DNA from: a bacterium
GTDB taxonomy: Bacteria; Margulisbacteria; Marinamargulisbacteria; GCA-2716485; JAYNIM01
Assembly (NCBI GenBank): GCA_038109055.1
Contig: JAYNIM010000001.1
Span: 645,081 to 709,080, forward strand
Direction of reading: 5' to 3'
Length of the DNA: 64,000 nucleotides
A model generated the notes under the pieces. The model searched no databases, had not been told where the DNA came from, and saw only the letters and a list, made by a program, of their open reading frames with translations. The position numbers were made by a program, and so were the translations under genes. Positions within the stretch are counted from its first letter, which is position 1. Each line of letters opens with the position of its first letter. Shown here in pieces: positions 32,252-42,200 of this stretch.

Positions 32252-33697
32252 TCATAGGGCATGATGTTTATTCGTGATGGCCTGGTATAAACATTGCGCT
32301 TTTATCTTTAACTCCTCCCACTCCATTTCGGGTATTGACTGATGTGTAATCCCTCCACCCACGCCTATTTTTAGGCAATTTTTATTGGCAATAATGCTAC
32401 GAATCACAATACTAAGATGACTTGCCCCATCATCACTCATCCAGCCTAAACAACCTGAGTATGGACCTCTGGGCCCCTGTTCGAGCTCTTCGAGTAAGGC
32501 GATAGCTCGCGCCTTTGGGGCGCCAGTCATCGACCCGCCCGGAAATGTGGCCTTTAGAAGATCGTAGATGTCTTTGCCTGCTGCTAACTGGCTACTGACC
32601 GTTGATACCAACTGATGTACAGTGGCATAACTTTCAATTGATAAATAGGCGTCCACGGTGACTGACCCTGCTTGTGATACTTTGGCTAAATCGTTTCGTA
32701 ACAAATCAACGATCATGGTATTTTCGGCTCGTTCTTTGGGATTATTTTGCAATGTTTTTTGTTGCTTCTCGTCTTCTTTGGGATCTACTTTTCTGGCAAT
32801 GGTTCCTTTTATGGGTTTTGTTGTGACTCGACCGGTCGCTGATACCCGCAAAAAACATTCCGGTGATAGCGAGAGTATCGTTAATTCTTTTGTTTTGAAA
32901 CATGCACTATAGGGACTGGGATTATTTTGACGAAGTGTCGCATATACCTCTCTAAGGTCCTGGTGTATATTGGGGATCGAAAGTTGATTACAGAGACATA
33001 ATTGATAGGCTTGCCCGTCTTTAATCCATTCTTGGCACTGCTGAATATAATCCAGATATGTGTCTTTTTTGATGCGCATCTTGTCTTCGATATTGTTTGC
33101 CAACCTTGTTTTTTCTGCTTTATTATTTGCTTTTCTTGTTGGTTTCGAGGACAGATTAATTTGTTCTAGTGTCTCCTCTATCCACGTTAAGGCACGCTGT
33201 TGTTGATCACTGAGATCACGACAGATCAAGTAGGTTTTTTGTGTACGATGGTTAATGGCAATAAAGCGATCGCAATAAAACAAATAGGCATCAGGAAATT
33301 CAGACTCATAGTGACTGGATGGTAAATTATCCCCACGCAATTCGTAGCCAAAATAGCCGATATAGCCCCCTTTAAATGGCGAGGGGATGCCAGTGACCTC
33401 TTTTATGTGTTGCTGTGTTTTAAGGTAGCTAAATATAGTCGTGACTGTTTCTGTAGATTCTTGGCCTCCCTGCTGTATTTGTAGTTGTTTCTTTGCTTGC
33501 CAATACGTCAAGACCTTGGCATGAGGCCCTTCTGGACACCCCAGATAACTCCACTCTCCACATTGATCCTGATCATTACTAGGATTGTCCAGCCAAAAGG
33601 CCTGTTCTTTGTGATATAAGACCTGGTTAAAAAAACCCTGAGCATCTATCTCTATGTCTAAACATTTTATATACGGCTTTATGATTGTCTGTGTCAT
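32252..33697 (-). CDS. pabB: Aminodeoxychorismate synthase component I
   Basis: SPECF, PIKGT, AENTMIVDLLRNDL, FPGGSMTGAPK. Confidence 0.9.
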   Translation of the reverse strand: MTQTIIKPYIKCLDIEIDAQGFFNQVLYHKEQAFWLDNPSNDQDQCGEWSYLGCPEGPHAKVLTYWQAKKQLQIQQGGQESTETVTTIFSYLKTQQHIKEVTGIPSPFKGGYIGYFGYELRGDNLPSSHYESEFPDAYLFYCDRFIAINHRTQKTYLICRDLSDQQQRALTWIEETLEQINLSSKPTRKANNKAEKTRLANNIEDKMRIKKDTYLDYIQQCQEWIKDGQAYQLCLCNQLSIPNIHQDLREVYATLRQNNPSPYSACFKTKELTILSLSPECFLRVSATGRVTTKPIKGTIARKVDPKEDEKQQKTLQNNPKERAENTMIVDLLRNDLAKVSQAGSVTVDAYLSIESYATVHQLVSTVSSQLAAGKDIYDLLKATFPGGSMTGAPKARAIALLEELEQGPRGPYSGCLGWMSDDGASHLSIVIRSIIANKNCLKIGVGGGITHQSIPEMEWEELKIKAQCLYQAITNKHHAL

Positions 33698-33777
33698 GAT
33701 TATATTTTTGGTGTGGATTGATTATAAAGGTCGAATTTGTGATGGTAAACTCATAAAATATCAGGTATTTTCTTCTT

Positions 33778-34395
33778 ATGCCTCATGATTCATTGTCACC
33801 TAAGGTGTTGATTATTGATCATTACGATTCTTTTACCTACATGATTGTTGATTACATCACACAGTTAACAAACCAAAAGGTTCATGTTTATCAACATGAT
33901 TATGTTACTGCCGTAGATATCGATCGCTTGTCTCCCACACATATTATTTTATCTCCTGGCCCTGGCCACCCTGCTAATCCCCAGGATTTTAGCTATTCTA
34001 AGGTTATTATCACTAACTGTTCTGTGCCAATTCTAGGGATTTGCTTGGGTCATCAGGGTATTGCCTTGGCTTTTGGAGATCAATCGTCAGTAGCGCTTGC
34101 TTCAGAGCCTGCACATGGATCTGCGTCTGAGATCTTTCATGCTCAACACCCCTTATTTTCAGGTATCCCCTCCCCCTTTATGGCAGGGCGTTATCACTCG
34201 TTACTTGTGACAGACCCGCTGCCTGTTTCCCTTAAAAAAATTGCTTGGATGGCGGACGGAACGATCATGGGATTAGCTCATATCACCCGGCCACTCTTTG
34301 GGATACAGTTTCATCCAGAATCTATTCTTTGTCCCTTTGGTAAAATGATTTTGGCTAATTTTTTAGGTGTTCAACATGATAGTGAACCTATATAA
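33778..34395 (+). CDS. pabA: Glutamine amidotransferase, ADC/anthranilate synthase component II
   Basis: YDSFT, SPGPG, GICLGHQ, RYHSL, QFHPES. Confidence 0.9.
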   Translation: MPHDSLSPKVLIIDHYDSFTYMIVDYITQLTNQKVHVYQHDYVTAVDIDRLSPTHIILSPGPGHPANPQDFSYSKVIITNCSVPILGICLGHQGIALAFGDQSSVALASEPAHGSASEIFHAQHPLFSGIPSPFMAGRYHSLLVTDPLPVSLKKIAWMADGTIMGLAHITRPLFGIQFHPESILCPFGKMILANFLGVQHDSEPI

Positions 34396-36409
34396 CCGAT
34401 CAAGTAAAAACACTCAGACCTGTGTCGCAACACCCTGTACAGCGTCCATATTTGGGTTAAAAGGGTCTAACCCTGTTTTTCTTGTGCCCTTGCATGCTGT
34501 TGCTCGTTATCATGATGCATTTAGCGAGCATACAACTTTGCCTGTCGCTGATTTTCTTGCTGATCCTGACGCCTTAGTTCTTCAAGGTCCCTCGTCCAAT
34601 ACTCGATATTCTCAGATACCTGTCTCTAAGATTGTCTCTACGGGTCTTCGTCTACTTCAAGAAGATTCACGTTGTCAACAAACAGATTGGGACTGGGCTA
34701 TTCTTCAACTCCCTCCTGATCAAGATCTTTCTTGGCTACCTACAGTATCTATTCAAGTTCATGACACCTCTTTCATGTGTCATCCCTCTTTGTCTCTTCC
34801 AATGGCTAATCCTTCTGCTTATGATCCCCAAGCAAGCTTAAATATGAGCATTTTACCCCCCTCTCCTTCACAGTCCCCCTCGGGCACTGTTTTTTCTAAT
34901 AATATGACCTTTTCTACTGACAACAGTCTTCCTATCCCCTCTATTATCAGGGCGATTGATCATCTACGCTCGTTACCCCCAGCTCCCCCTAATGCTGCTA
35001 TTCCTTGGGCTGATTATCGTTTTTTGGCAATGACATTTACGGCCGTGACCTTAGAGGATTATTTTGCCGCTGCCTCTGCCTTATCGATCATGCAACGTTT
35101 TCTTCACTTTTACTCTACACCCTCGCTTAAAGATTTAAAACAGGCGACTCCTTCTGTATTTTGTCCCTATTTAGGGTTTGACCTCTCTGATAATGGTGCG
35201 GCTATTATTCAGGCCTATAAACGGGCCTTTCCTCATTGTGAGTCTGGCTATGCCGATCAACAGCTTAAGAAGGTTCATCACGAGCCATCTGATATTTGTT
35301 GTACGAAATTACTTCATACTCTCATTCGTTTTCTTCAATCTTTACGCACACAAAGAGCACTTGAGGTTGACCTTAAAAAGGAAGTCAACATAGGGAGTGA
35401 ATTTACGTTTTGTTGTCAGCAAACTTATCACAAAGAGTTGAACCCTACTTCATCTTGGCCCATTCCACTCATGACGGCATGGCGTCAGATGATTGATAAT
35501 CTTCCACTAGGGCCTGATATCAGCTGGTCCTTTTCTAAGGATCCACATAGTTCAAATTACGCAATACGTATTACTTACACCCACAATCCTAGCAATGAAA
35601 CTTGGTGGTGGCGTCTTGATGCTGATGATGGTTGCCTTGAAACTCAAACACAGCCCTCTAGCTTTGATCAACTACGCCGTCCTTGGATTCAAACTATCAT
35701 TAAACAACATATTTTTCAGGCTGCCGAAGCCTGCAGCTATCACTTGATTCCAGACCAGAGTAAGCGTGGTGGAGGGGGGCATCTCTCCTTGGATGCGACC
35801 TCGTTGTTTCATGGCAGTGCTACACTACTGCTTGAAACCTTTCGTTATCTGCACGCTCATCGAAAAGAATGGAATGCTTTTTTTCAAAGTGATCCCTCTG
35901 ACGCAAGGTTAAATGCCCCTTGGTTAATTCAACTCAAATTACCCCCCAACTCTACTTCTAATACGACCTATCCCCATGCGCATGCGTATTTTGAACAGAA
36001 AAGTGCGCAATGGCTACGAGACATTGATAACGGCCATCTTCATTATGGAAAGTCTGTGCCGGGCCTTGTAAGTGATTGCTGCCAAGAACTTACTGCGATG
36101 TTTTCTCGCTTTCAAAACCCTTGTGCTCAACAACTTTGTCATTCTACAGAGCCTCGTTTACGCACACAGGGCAAGAATTACACCACAAATCCTGAACATT
36201 ACTTAGCTGTGACTGCCGAACATCTTTCTGAAGATAGGATGAGCAGAATCGAATTTCGTGCAATTCCTGCTCAACGCAATCTTGACGAATTTTTTCAACA
36301 TATTGAAAAACTTTTTGACTTCCTTGTGAGGGTGCGTTCTAGGGTTGAAAACAAATTTTCTTCCACTACCCCAAGCAGTGCCTCTGTGCCCCAAGAAACG
36401 ACATCTTAA
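34367..36409 (+). CDS. Hypothetical protein with C-terminal amidoligase (COOH-NH2 ligase)-like domain
   Basis: Ordered motifs IGSEFTF, W.LDADDGCLETQTQP, GGGGHLSL, RIEFRA. Confidence 0.6.
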   Translation: MFNMIVNLYNRSSKNTQTCVATPCTASIFGLKGSNPVFLVPLHAVARYHDAFSEHTTLPVADFLADPDALVLQGPSSNTRYSQIPVSKIVSTGLRLLQEDSRCQQTDWDWAILQLPPDQDLSWLPTVSIQVHDTSFMCHPSLSLPMANPSAYDPQASLNMSILPPSPSQSPSGTVFSNNMTFSTDNSLPIPSIIRAIDHLRSLPPAPPNAAIPWADYRFLAMTFTAVTLEDYFAAASALSIMQRFLHFYSTPSLKDLKQATPSVFCPYLGFDLSDNGAAIIQAYKRAFPHCESGYADQQLKKVHHEPSDICCTKLLHTLIRFLQSLRTQRALEVDLKKEVNIGSEFTFCCQQTYHKELNPTSSWPIPLMTAWRQMIDNLPLGPDISWSFSKDPHSSNYAIRITYTHNPSNETWWWRLDADDGCLETQTQPSSFDQLRRPWIQTIIKQHIFQAAEACSYHLIPDQSKRGGGGHLSLDATSLFHGSATLLLETFRYLHAHRKEWNAFFQSDPSDARLNAPWLIQLKLPPNSTSNTTYPHAHAYFEQKSAQWLRDIDNGHLHYGKSVPGLVSDCCQELTAMFSRFQNPCAQQLCHSTEPRLRTQGKNYTTNPEHYLAVTAEHLSEDRMSRIEFRAIPAQRNLDEFFQHIEKLFDFLVRVRSRVENKFSSTTPSSASVPQETTS

Positions 36410-36655
36410 TCAGACAGAAATCTAACGTTGACATATAAGTATCTACCAATAAACGTCGTCCATTAAGACCTATTTTAGTTTCCCCACATCAACATCGCCC
36501 TAAAGTTATTTCTACATCTTCTTAATCTATCTTTCTTTTACTTCTACTTTTTCCCCTACTCTTCTGTCTATTACGTCTCTTTATTTTTTAGCGTCTATGT
36601 ATAGGTTTTCTTTAACGCCTCCCCAACACCTCTATTTTAAGGTACTCTTTTAACT

Positions 36656-37918
36656 ATGAAAAAACTTCTTCGCAGCCATCCTAACCTCCTTTTCTTTGGC
36701 TTTCTTCAGATTTTTTTTACTGCTCCCGGTCAAACATTTTTTATCTCGCTCTTTGTTGCTGACGTGTTTAGCTCGCTTCATATGCCTATCAGCACCTTCG
36801 CTGGACTCTATTCGCTTGCAACGATTTTGGCGTCTCTCTTACTTAATCCTGCTGGTCGACTTATTGATCATCACCCGCCTAAAATCATTCTCTTTTGCAT
36901 TACTCTTCTTATGGCCCTTGGTTGTTTTATTCTTGCTGCTGCTCATTCACTTTCTATGGTTTTTATGGGCTTTTTTATTGTGCGCCTTATTGGGCAAGGG
37001 GTCTTTGTGTTAACAAGTACAACCTTAATTAACCGAAACTTTCATAAAAATAGAGGCAAGGCACATAGCTTTATCTCGCTGGGATACCCCGCTTCTGAAA
37101 TTATTTATCCAAGTCTCGCCTTTTTCTTATTGTCTATTGTGGGTTGGCGTTACAGTTATCTCATTTTTGGCCTTAGTACCTTGCTTATTATGTTGCCCCT
37201 ACAATGGCTATTATTACAGCACTCACGTCTCAAACCGGGTCAATTTTTTCCTGGCGAAGAATTGATCCAAACACATCGCCCTCCGGGTCAACAGATTCAC
37301 CCTCGGCATCGTTCATCAACACTTCCAAGTTCGACGCTGTCTCAAGTGATACGAGACCCTTCTTTTTACCCTATTTTACTCGCTTCTACAATTCCACCTT
37401 TGGTTGTTTCTGGCCTTTTTTTCCATCAAGACACCCTATTTCAAGCCCATCACTGGTCCTTGGAATTCGCTACCCTAGGCCTTAGTTGCTATGCCATTAT
37501 CAAAGCTATTTTTTCGCTAGGCATTGGTAGCTTTGTAGATAAAAAAGGACCTATCTTGCCTTTTGTGGGTATTATCCTCCTTATTGCCGCCGCTACCCTT
37601 ATTGCGGCTTTAGGCGGTTTATCCGTAATTAGCATCCCTTTATACTATGCCTGTCTTGGAGCTTCTCTTGGCATGTCTGCAGTGGTGATGAATATTATTT
37701 GGGTTAATTTATATGGCGTAACACATATTGGGAGTATTAAGGGTTTTATTGGAACCTTTCGAAATGGCTTTACAGGCCTCGCCCCCTTCCCTATTGCTCT
37801 TGCACTAGATAAGGGCCTCTCTATCCAAGCTATTTTTCTTGGTCTTGCGATTGTCGTTTTTGGACTTTCATTCATCCCTTTGATTGTCTCAAAATTAGAT
37901 CGGCGCTTATCTTTTTGA
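36656..37918 (+). CDS. MFS transporter
   Basis: About 12 TMs; PGQTFFISLF, GRLIDH, RGKA. Confidence 0.92.
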   Translation: MKKLLRSHPNLLFFGFLQIFFTAPGQTFFISLFVADVFSSLHMPISTFAGLYSLATILASLLLNPAGRLIDHHPPKIILFCITLLMALGCFILAAAHSLSMVFMGFFIVRLIGQGVFVLTSTTLINRNFHKNRGKAHSFISLGYPASEIIYPSLAFFLLSIVGWRYSYLIFGLSTLLIMLPLQWLLLQHSRLKPGQFFPGEELIQTHRPPGQQIHPRHRSSTLPSSTLSQVIRDPSFYPILLASTIPPLVVSGLFFHQDTLFQAHHWSLEFATLGLSCYAIIKAIFSLGIGSFVDKKGPILPFVGIILLIAAATLIAALGGLSVISIPLYYACLGASLGMSAVVMNIIWVNLYGVTHIGSIKGFIGTFRNGFTGLAPFPIALALDKGLSIQAIFLGLAIVVFGLSFIPLIVSKLDRRLSF

Positions 37919-38058
37919 TTTATCTTTCATTATTGTACGCCCTCAAAACTATACTGTACTTTTTGTTACAAAAGTACTAATAATTTAATATCGATTGCTA
38001 ATTGATCTCTTAAATATCTTTTAGTTGTTGATCCATTTTTTATTAAGGATATTTATTT

Positions 38059-39021
38059 ATGGAATGTACTCAATCTTTATCTCCACCCGTTACTGCTCCC
38101 TCTGAGACTAATGATTTATTTGCTTCTAAAGACAAACGGGCTACCATGCCTAATGATACATGCAAACTGGCTACCACGCCTAATTATCAATTTAAACTGG
38201 ATACGACATTTATACTTGAAACAGCCTTGTCCTTAGATCCTCAAAGATCAGAATCACAGAAAAAAGACGTCATCCAACTATTCGAGCAATTATATACTCA
38301 AATAGTAAAAATAAAGGAAAAAGACGTCATCCAACAACTCCAGACAATAAAGGAAAAAGACGTCATCCAACAACTCCAGACATTGGATGATCAAACACTA
38401 AAAACCGCGAAACAAACTATCATCCAACAACTCCAGAATCATGAACGATATCTCTATCGTTGTCCTCTTACAAGAAATATTGTTTTACCCGATACTGAGT
38501 TTATACGTCTTGATATTCAAGGTGATATGAAGGATTCAGTTTATTCCGAAGAAGATCAAGCTAGTAGTTCGTTTCAACTTCATATAGACCCCTCACGCCC
38601 TGTTCTTTTCAGTTGTGATGAGACTGGTATCGCACAGAGAAAAACCCTCCGTAAAGAAGCTAACGAAAACACCTCCAACTCTTCTAAGCACCATAAAAGA
38701 TCTCGCTCTCCTGAATTATCTTCTAATGTCACAAAAAGACATTGCCCCTCCCTTAATTCTCTTCCATCCAATCTTCAGAAACCCTCCTCTACATACCACT
38801 TAACCTATCAAATAGGTAAAGAAATTCGAACCCTTACGTTTAATGCAACTGAGCGTATAAGTGATGCAAAGGACGATACTCATTTCCCCGTCACCTACAT
38901 AACAGAAAATCGTTCTCTATATCAAGTAGATCCTTTTGATGCCCACCGGCACTGGTTAGCTTTAACTAAGCTACGTGACTCTTTAATCTCTACACAGATA
39001 AGACGTTCATACAACTACTGA
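38059..39021 (+). CDS. Hypothetical protein with internal repeats
   Basis: 320-aa ORF with SD aagga; no family recognised. Confidence 0.75.
   Translation: MECTQSLSPPVTAPSETNDLFASKDKRATMPNDTCKLATTPNYQFKLDTTFILETALSLDPQRSESQKKDVIQLFEQLYTQIVKIKEKDVIQQLQTIKEKDVIQQLQTLDDQTLKTAKQTIIQQLQNHERYLYRCPLTRNIVLPDTEFIRLDIQGDMKDSVYSEEDQASSSFQLHIDPSRPVLFSCDETGIAQRKTLRKEANENTSNSSKHHKRSRSPELSSNVTKRHCPSLNSLPSNLQKPSSTYHLTYQIGKEIRTLTFNATERISDAKDDTHFPVTYITENRSLYQVDPFDAHRHWLALTKLRDSLISTQIRRSYNY
38311..38382 (+). repeat. Perfect 36-bp in-frame tandem duplication
   Basis: ataaaggaaaaagacgtcatccaacaactccagaca x2 (IKEKDVIQQLQT). Confidence 0.92.
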
Positions 39022-39265
39022 TTACCCCTGTTTGAACTCAGAAACTACGTCATCTGAATGTTCACAAATAGCTTCTGCCGTGAAAGGAAGATGATCAGAT
39101 TAGGACTATTGAAACAGATTATAAAATATTTTATTGAAATTTTACAAAAAAAAATACGTTAAATAGTATAACTGGTACTTTTTTTATAAAGAAGTCTTGT
39201 TTTTCTTATTAATGATATAAATAAATCTAATTTAAACCTTTAAACTAAACGAAAAGAGTATTTTT

Positions 39266-42200
39266 ATGAAATGTTGCTCAAATCCTACTCCTAGACGCAC
39301 TGTTTCTGGCGCCTCTACCGGAGTTGAAAAAAATCGAAGGCTTGTTGTGGCTTTAAAACCGCCTTCCAAAAGATTTACCACAAGATCAGTTGGCACTAAA
39401 GCTTTTGATGCCGCTATTCAGACTTATGTTGCTTCAGGTCAAAACATTGATGATTTTAAAACATTGTTTGATGACTATCTTACCTATAGCGCATTAGGTG
39501 AAAGTCGTGATTTGAATACTACGAGAGTTGAGTTGCGTCGCATTTTCGATAGCTTTGAAGCTGATCAGCGATTGTTATTTTTGTCATCATTAAGCCCTGC
39601 TTCCTTCGCAAACATAACGGTTATTTGTGCTGTTCATGAATCATCAATGATGGAATTTTTAAAACAGGCCCAGGGAGAAGAGGATGTTAAAAAGGTTAGT
39701 GAAATCTTATCAAAAAATGGGTTAGAACAATCCGATTTTAGGACACTATTGACGCACTATATTGACACTAAGAATGAAGAGCTTGTTGCGACGCTCATTC
39801 AAAATCATAAACAAGGTTTTGAACTGCAAGATTGCAGAACACTTTGGGGGTTTGCAATTGAGCAAGATAATCAACACATTGTAAAGCTTTTGCTAGCCAG
39901 CAAGAACGGAGATGTTAATCAACAATTTGGAGACGGTGGATCCCGTGTTACCCCTTTAGAGCTCGCTTATTTATACAAAAATGACGACATTATAAAGCTA
40001 TTGCTAGCCGACGAGAATGTAAATGTTAATCAGAAACTTGGATCCCACCAACAAACCCCTTTAGAGATAGCGATTAAGAATGGACGCAAAGACCTTGTAG
40101 AAATTTTGACTAAAAGGAAAGTTAATTTAAACCAAAGAGTTGGTGAGGATCAGACTCCCTTGGGTTTAGCGATTAAGTTGGAAAATACAGAAATCGTAGC
40201 TCTTTTGCTTGATAACGGGGCTGATGTTAATCAAAACACTGGATATTACGAAGAAACTCCTTTAGAGATGGCTTATTCTAAGAAAAATGACGACATTATA
40301 AAGTTATTGCTAGCCCACGAGAATGTAAACGTTAATCAGAAACTTGGATACACCCAACAAACCCCTTTAGAGATTGCGATTGAGAATGAACAGGAAGACA
40401 TTGTAGCCGTTTTGACTCAAAGGCAAGTTAATAAAGTTAATTTAAACCAAGCATGTTCTAAAAGGACTGCCTTGATGGTCGCAATTGAGAAGGGAAATGA
40501 AACGATCGTTGATCTATTACTTCGTAACGGGGCTGATGTTAATCAGAACAATCTATGCTATTCTCCCTTGGGTTTAGCGATTGAGAAAGCAAGTGCAAAC
40601 ATCGTAAAGCTATTGCTTGAAAGGAAGCCTGATATTGACCAGGAATTTTTGAAGGCTAACAGATGCACTCCCTTTGAATTGGCGATGCATAGAAAAGACT
40701 CACCTATTTCCGAATCGATTATTGATGCTTTAATTTCCCAAGATATAGAGATTGGTACTTGGGGGATTCAGAGATTGAGTATTGAGAAATGCCTGCCTCA
40801 TATTGGTTCGTCTTTTCTTAAGAGAGGTGACTTGACTTCTATCAAGACCTTAATGGAGATGGGTTTGAAGTTTGAACAGATTTTGGGAGATTCTCCTGAT
40901 TTCTCCTGTTTAACATTAGACGAGTCGGATTTTCAGAATTTACTTTTTATAGTAAGAGAATTTCAAGAAGATGGTCCATCTGAACAATCAAAGCATGTCA
41001 TTACAGCTTTTTTTGAAGGGTTTTCCCTTCACTATAAATTGAAACTTTTTCAGTATTTTTACTTTTCAGGGCACGAAAAGTTTTTAGATTTCTGTGATCC
41101 ATCCATGTATCAATTAATTTTAACACAAGCAATTTTTGAATCTAAAAGTGCTCAGTTCATTTTAATGTTAAATAGGAAAATTGATACGGACTCTATTCAA
41201 GTGATAGTTTCTGCTTTTAAGGAATTGCAGCCAGCAACGAAGGAACAAGGCTTAACGTGTGCACGATGTTGTATTGCACTTAATGAGTCTTCTAGTGGAG
41301 ATGATTTTAATGCTTTAAAAAATACCTTTCAACAAACGTTTCAGAGCTTGGAGGATAATGATAAGCTATTTGTATTTTGGTCATTATCTACTCTTGATAG
41401 GGCGTCTTTAAGGAAATGTTTTTCTGAGATGGAACGGATAGAGAGTGAGTTCATGGATCGCCCTTTATCCGAACAGTTTGACTTGTATGCACAAACCCCT
41501 GATTTACTGTTTGCTAATTATTCTTATACGTATCAGCGGGATGCGTTATTTGTAAGACGAGCTCAGCAAGGGGGGCTAGCTGTTGATCATCCGCTTCCTG
41601 TCACCTTGCAGCAAGAAGGGCAGAAAACAGCGGAGTATGCGCCCTTTACTCATGCATTGAAAACGAATCATTATGATTTGAATGAGGAGCATGTGCTTGT
41701 TGCGGCTAAACGGGATATCGGATCGAATGTTGTTCAAACTGTTTCATATTTAGATGAAGTTGCCTCCCTTTTTACAGAATTTTCAAGACAGAAAAATATG
41801 AGTTCACGTCAGCGAAAAGAAGCTTATGAGGTATTTTATGTTATGTGCCTCTTGTTTAGAGATAATGTGCATGAACTCAAGCAATTTAGTCATGACTTAC
41901 GCCTTTTTAGTCAAAAACCTAATTTAAATTTTGGAGATGTCATTGACTTTTATCATTATCAATGTGAGATCAATAGCAATAATGAGGCGTTTATTCAGCG
42001 GGTTGAAAAATACTCTAAACGCTTAAATTACTTGGAGGGGCTTCAAGGAAAAATGAGTGAGCAGGCTAACAGTTATCATATGGATAGATCGCCGGTATCA
42101 ACAAAACATCAATTGATAGAAACTTTTGGTACAAATGACGACTTTAAAACGTGTTTGAATGCCGTGACTCAGGAAGCCTCAGGAGAAGCTGAAAAAATTG

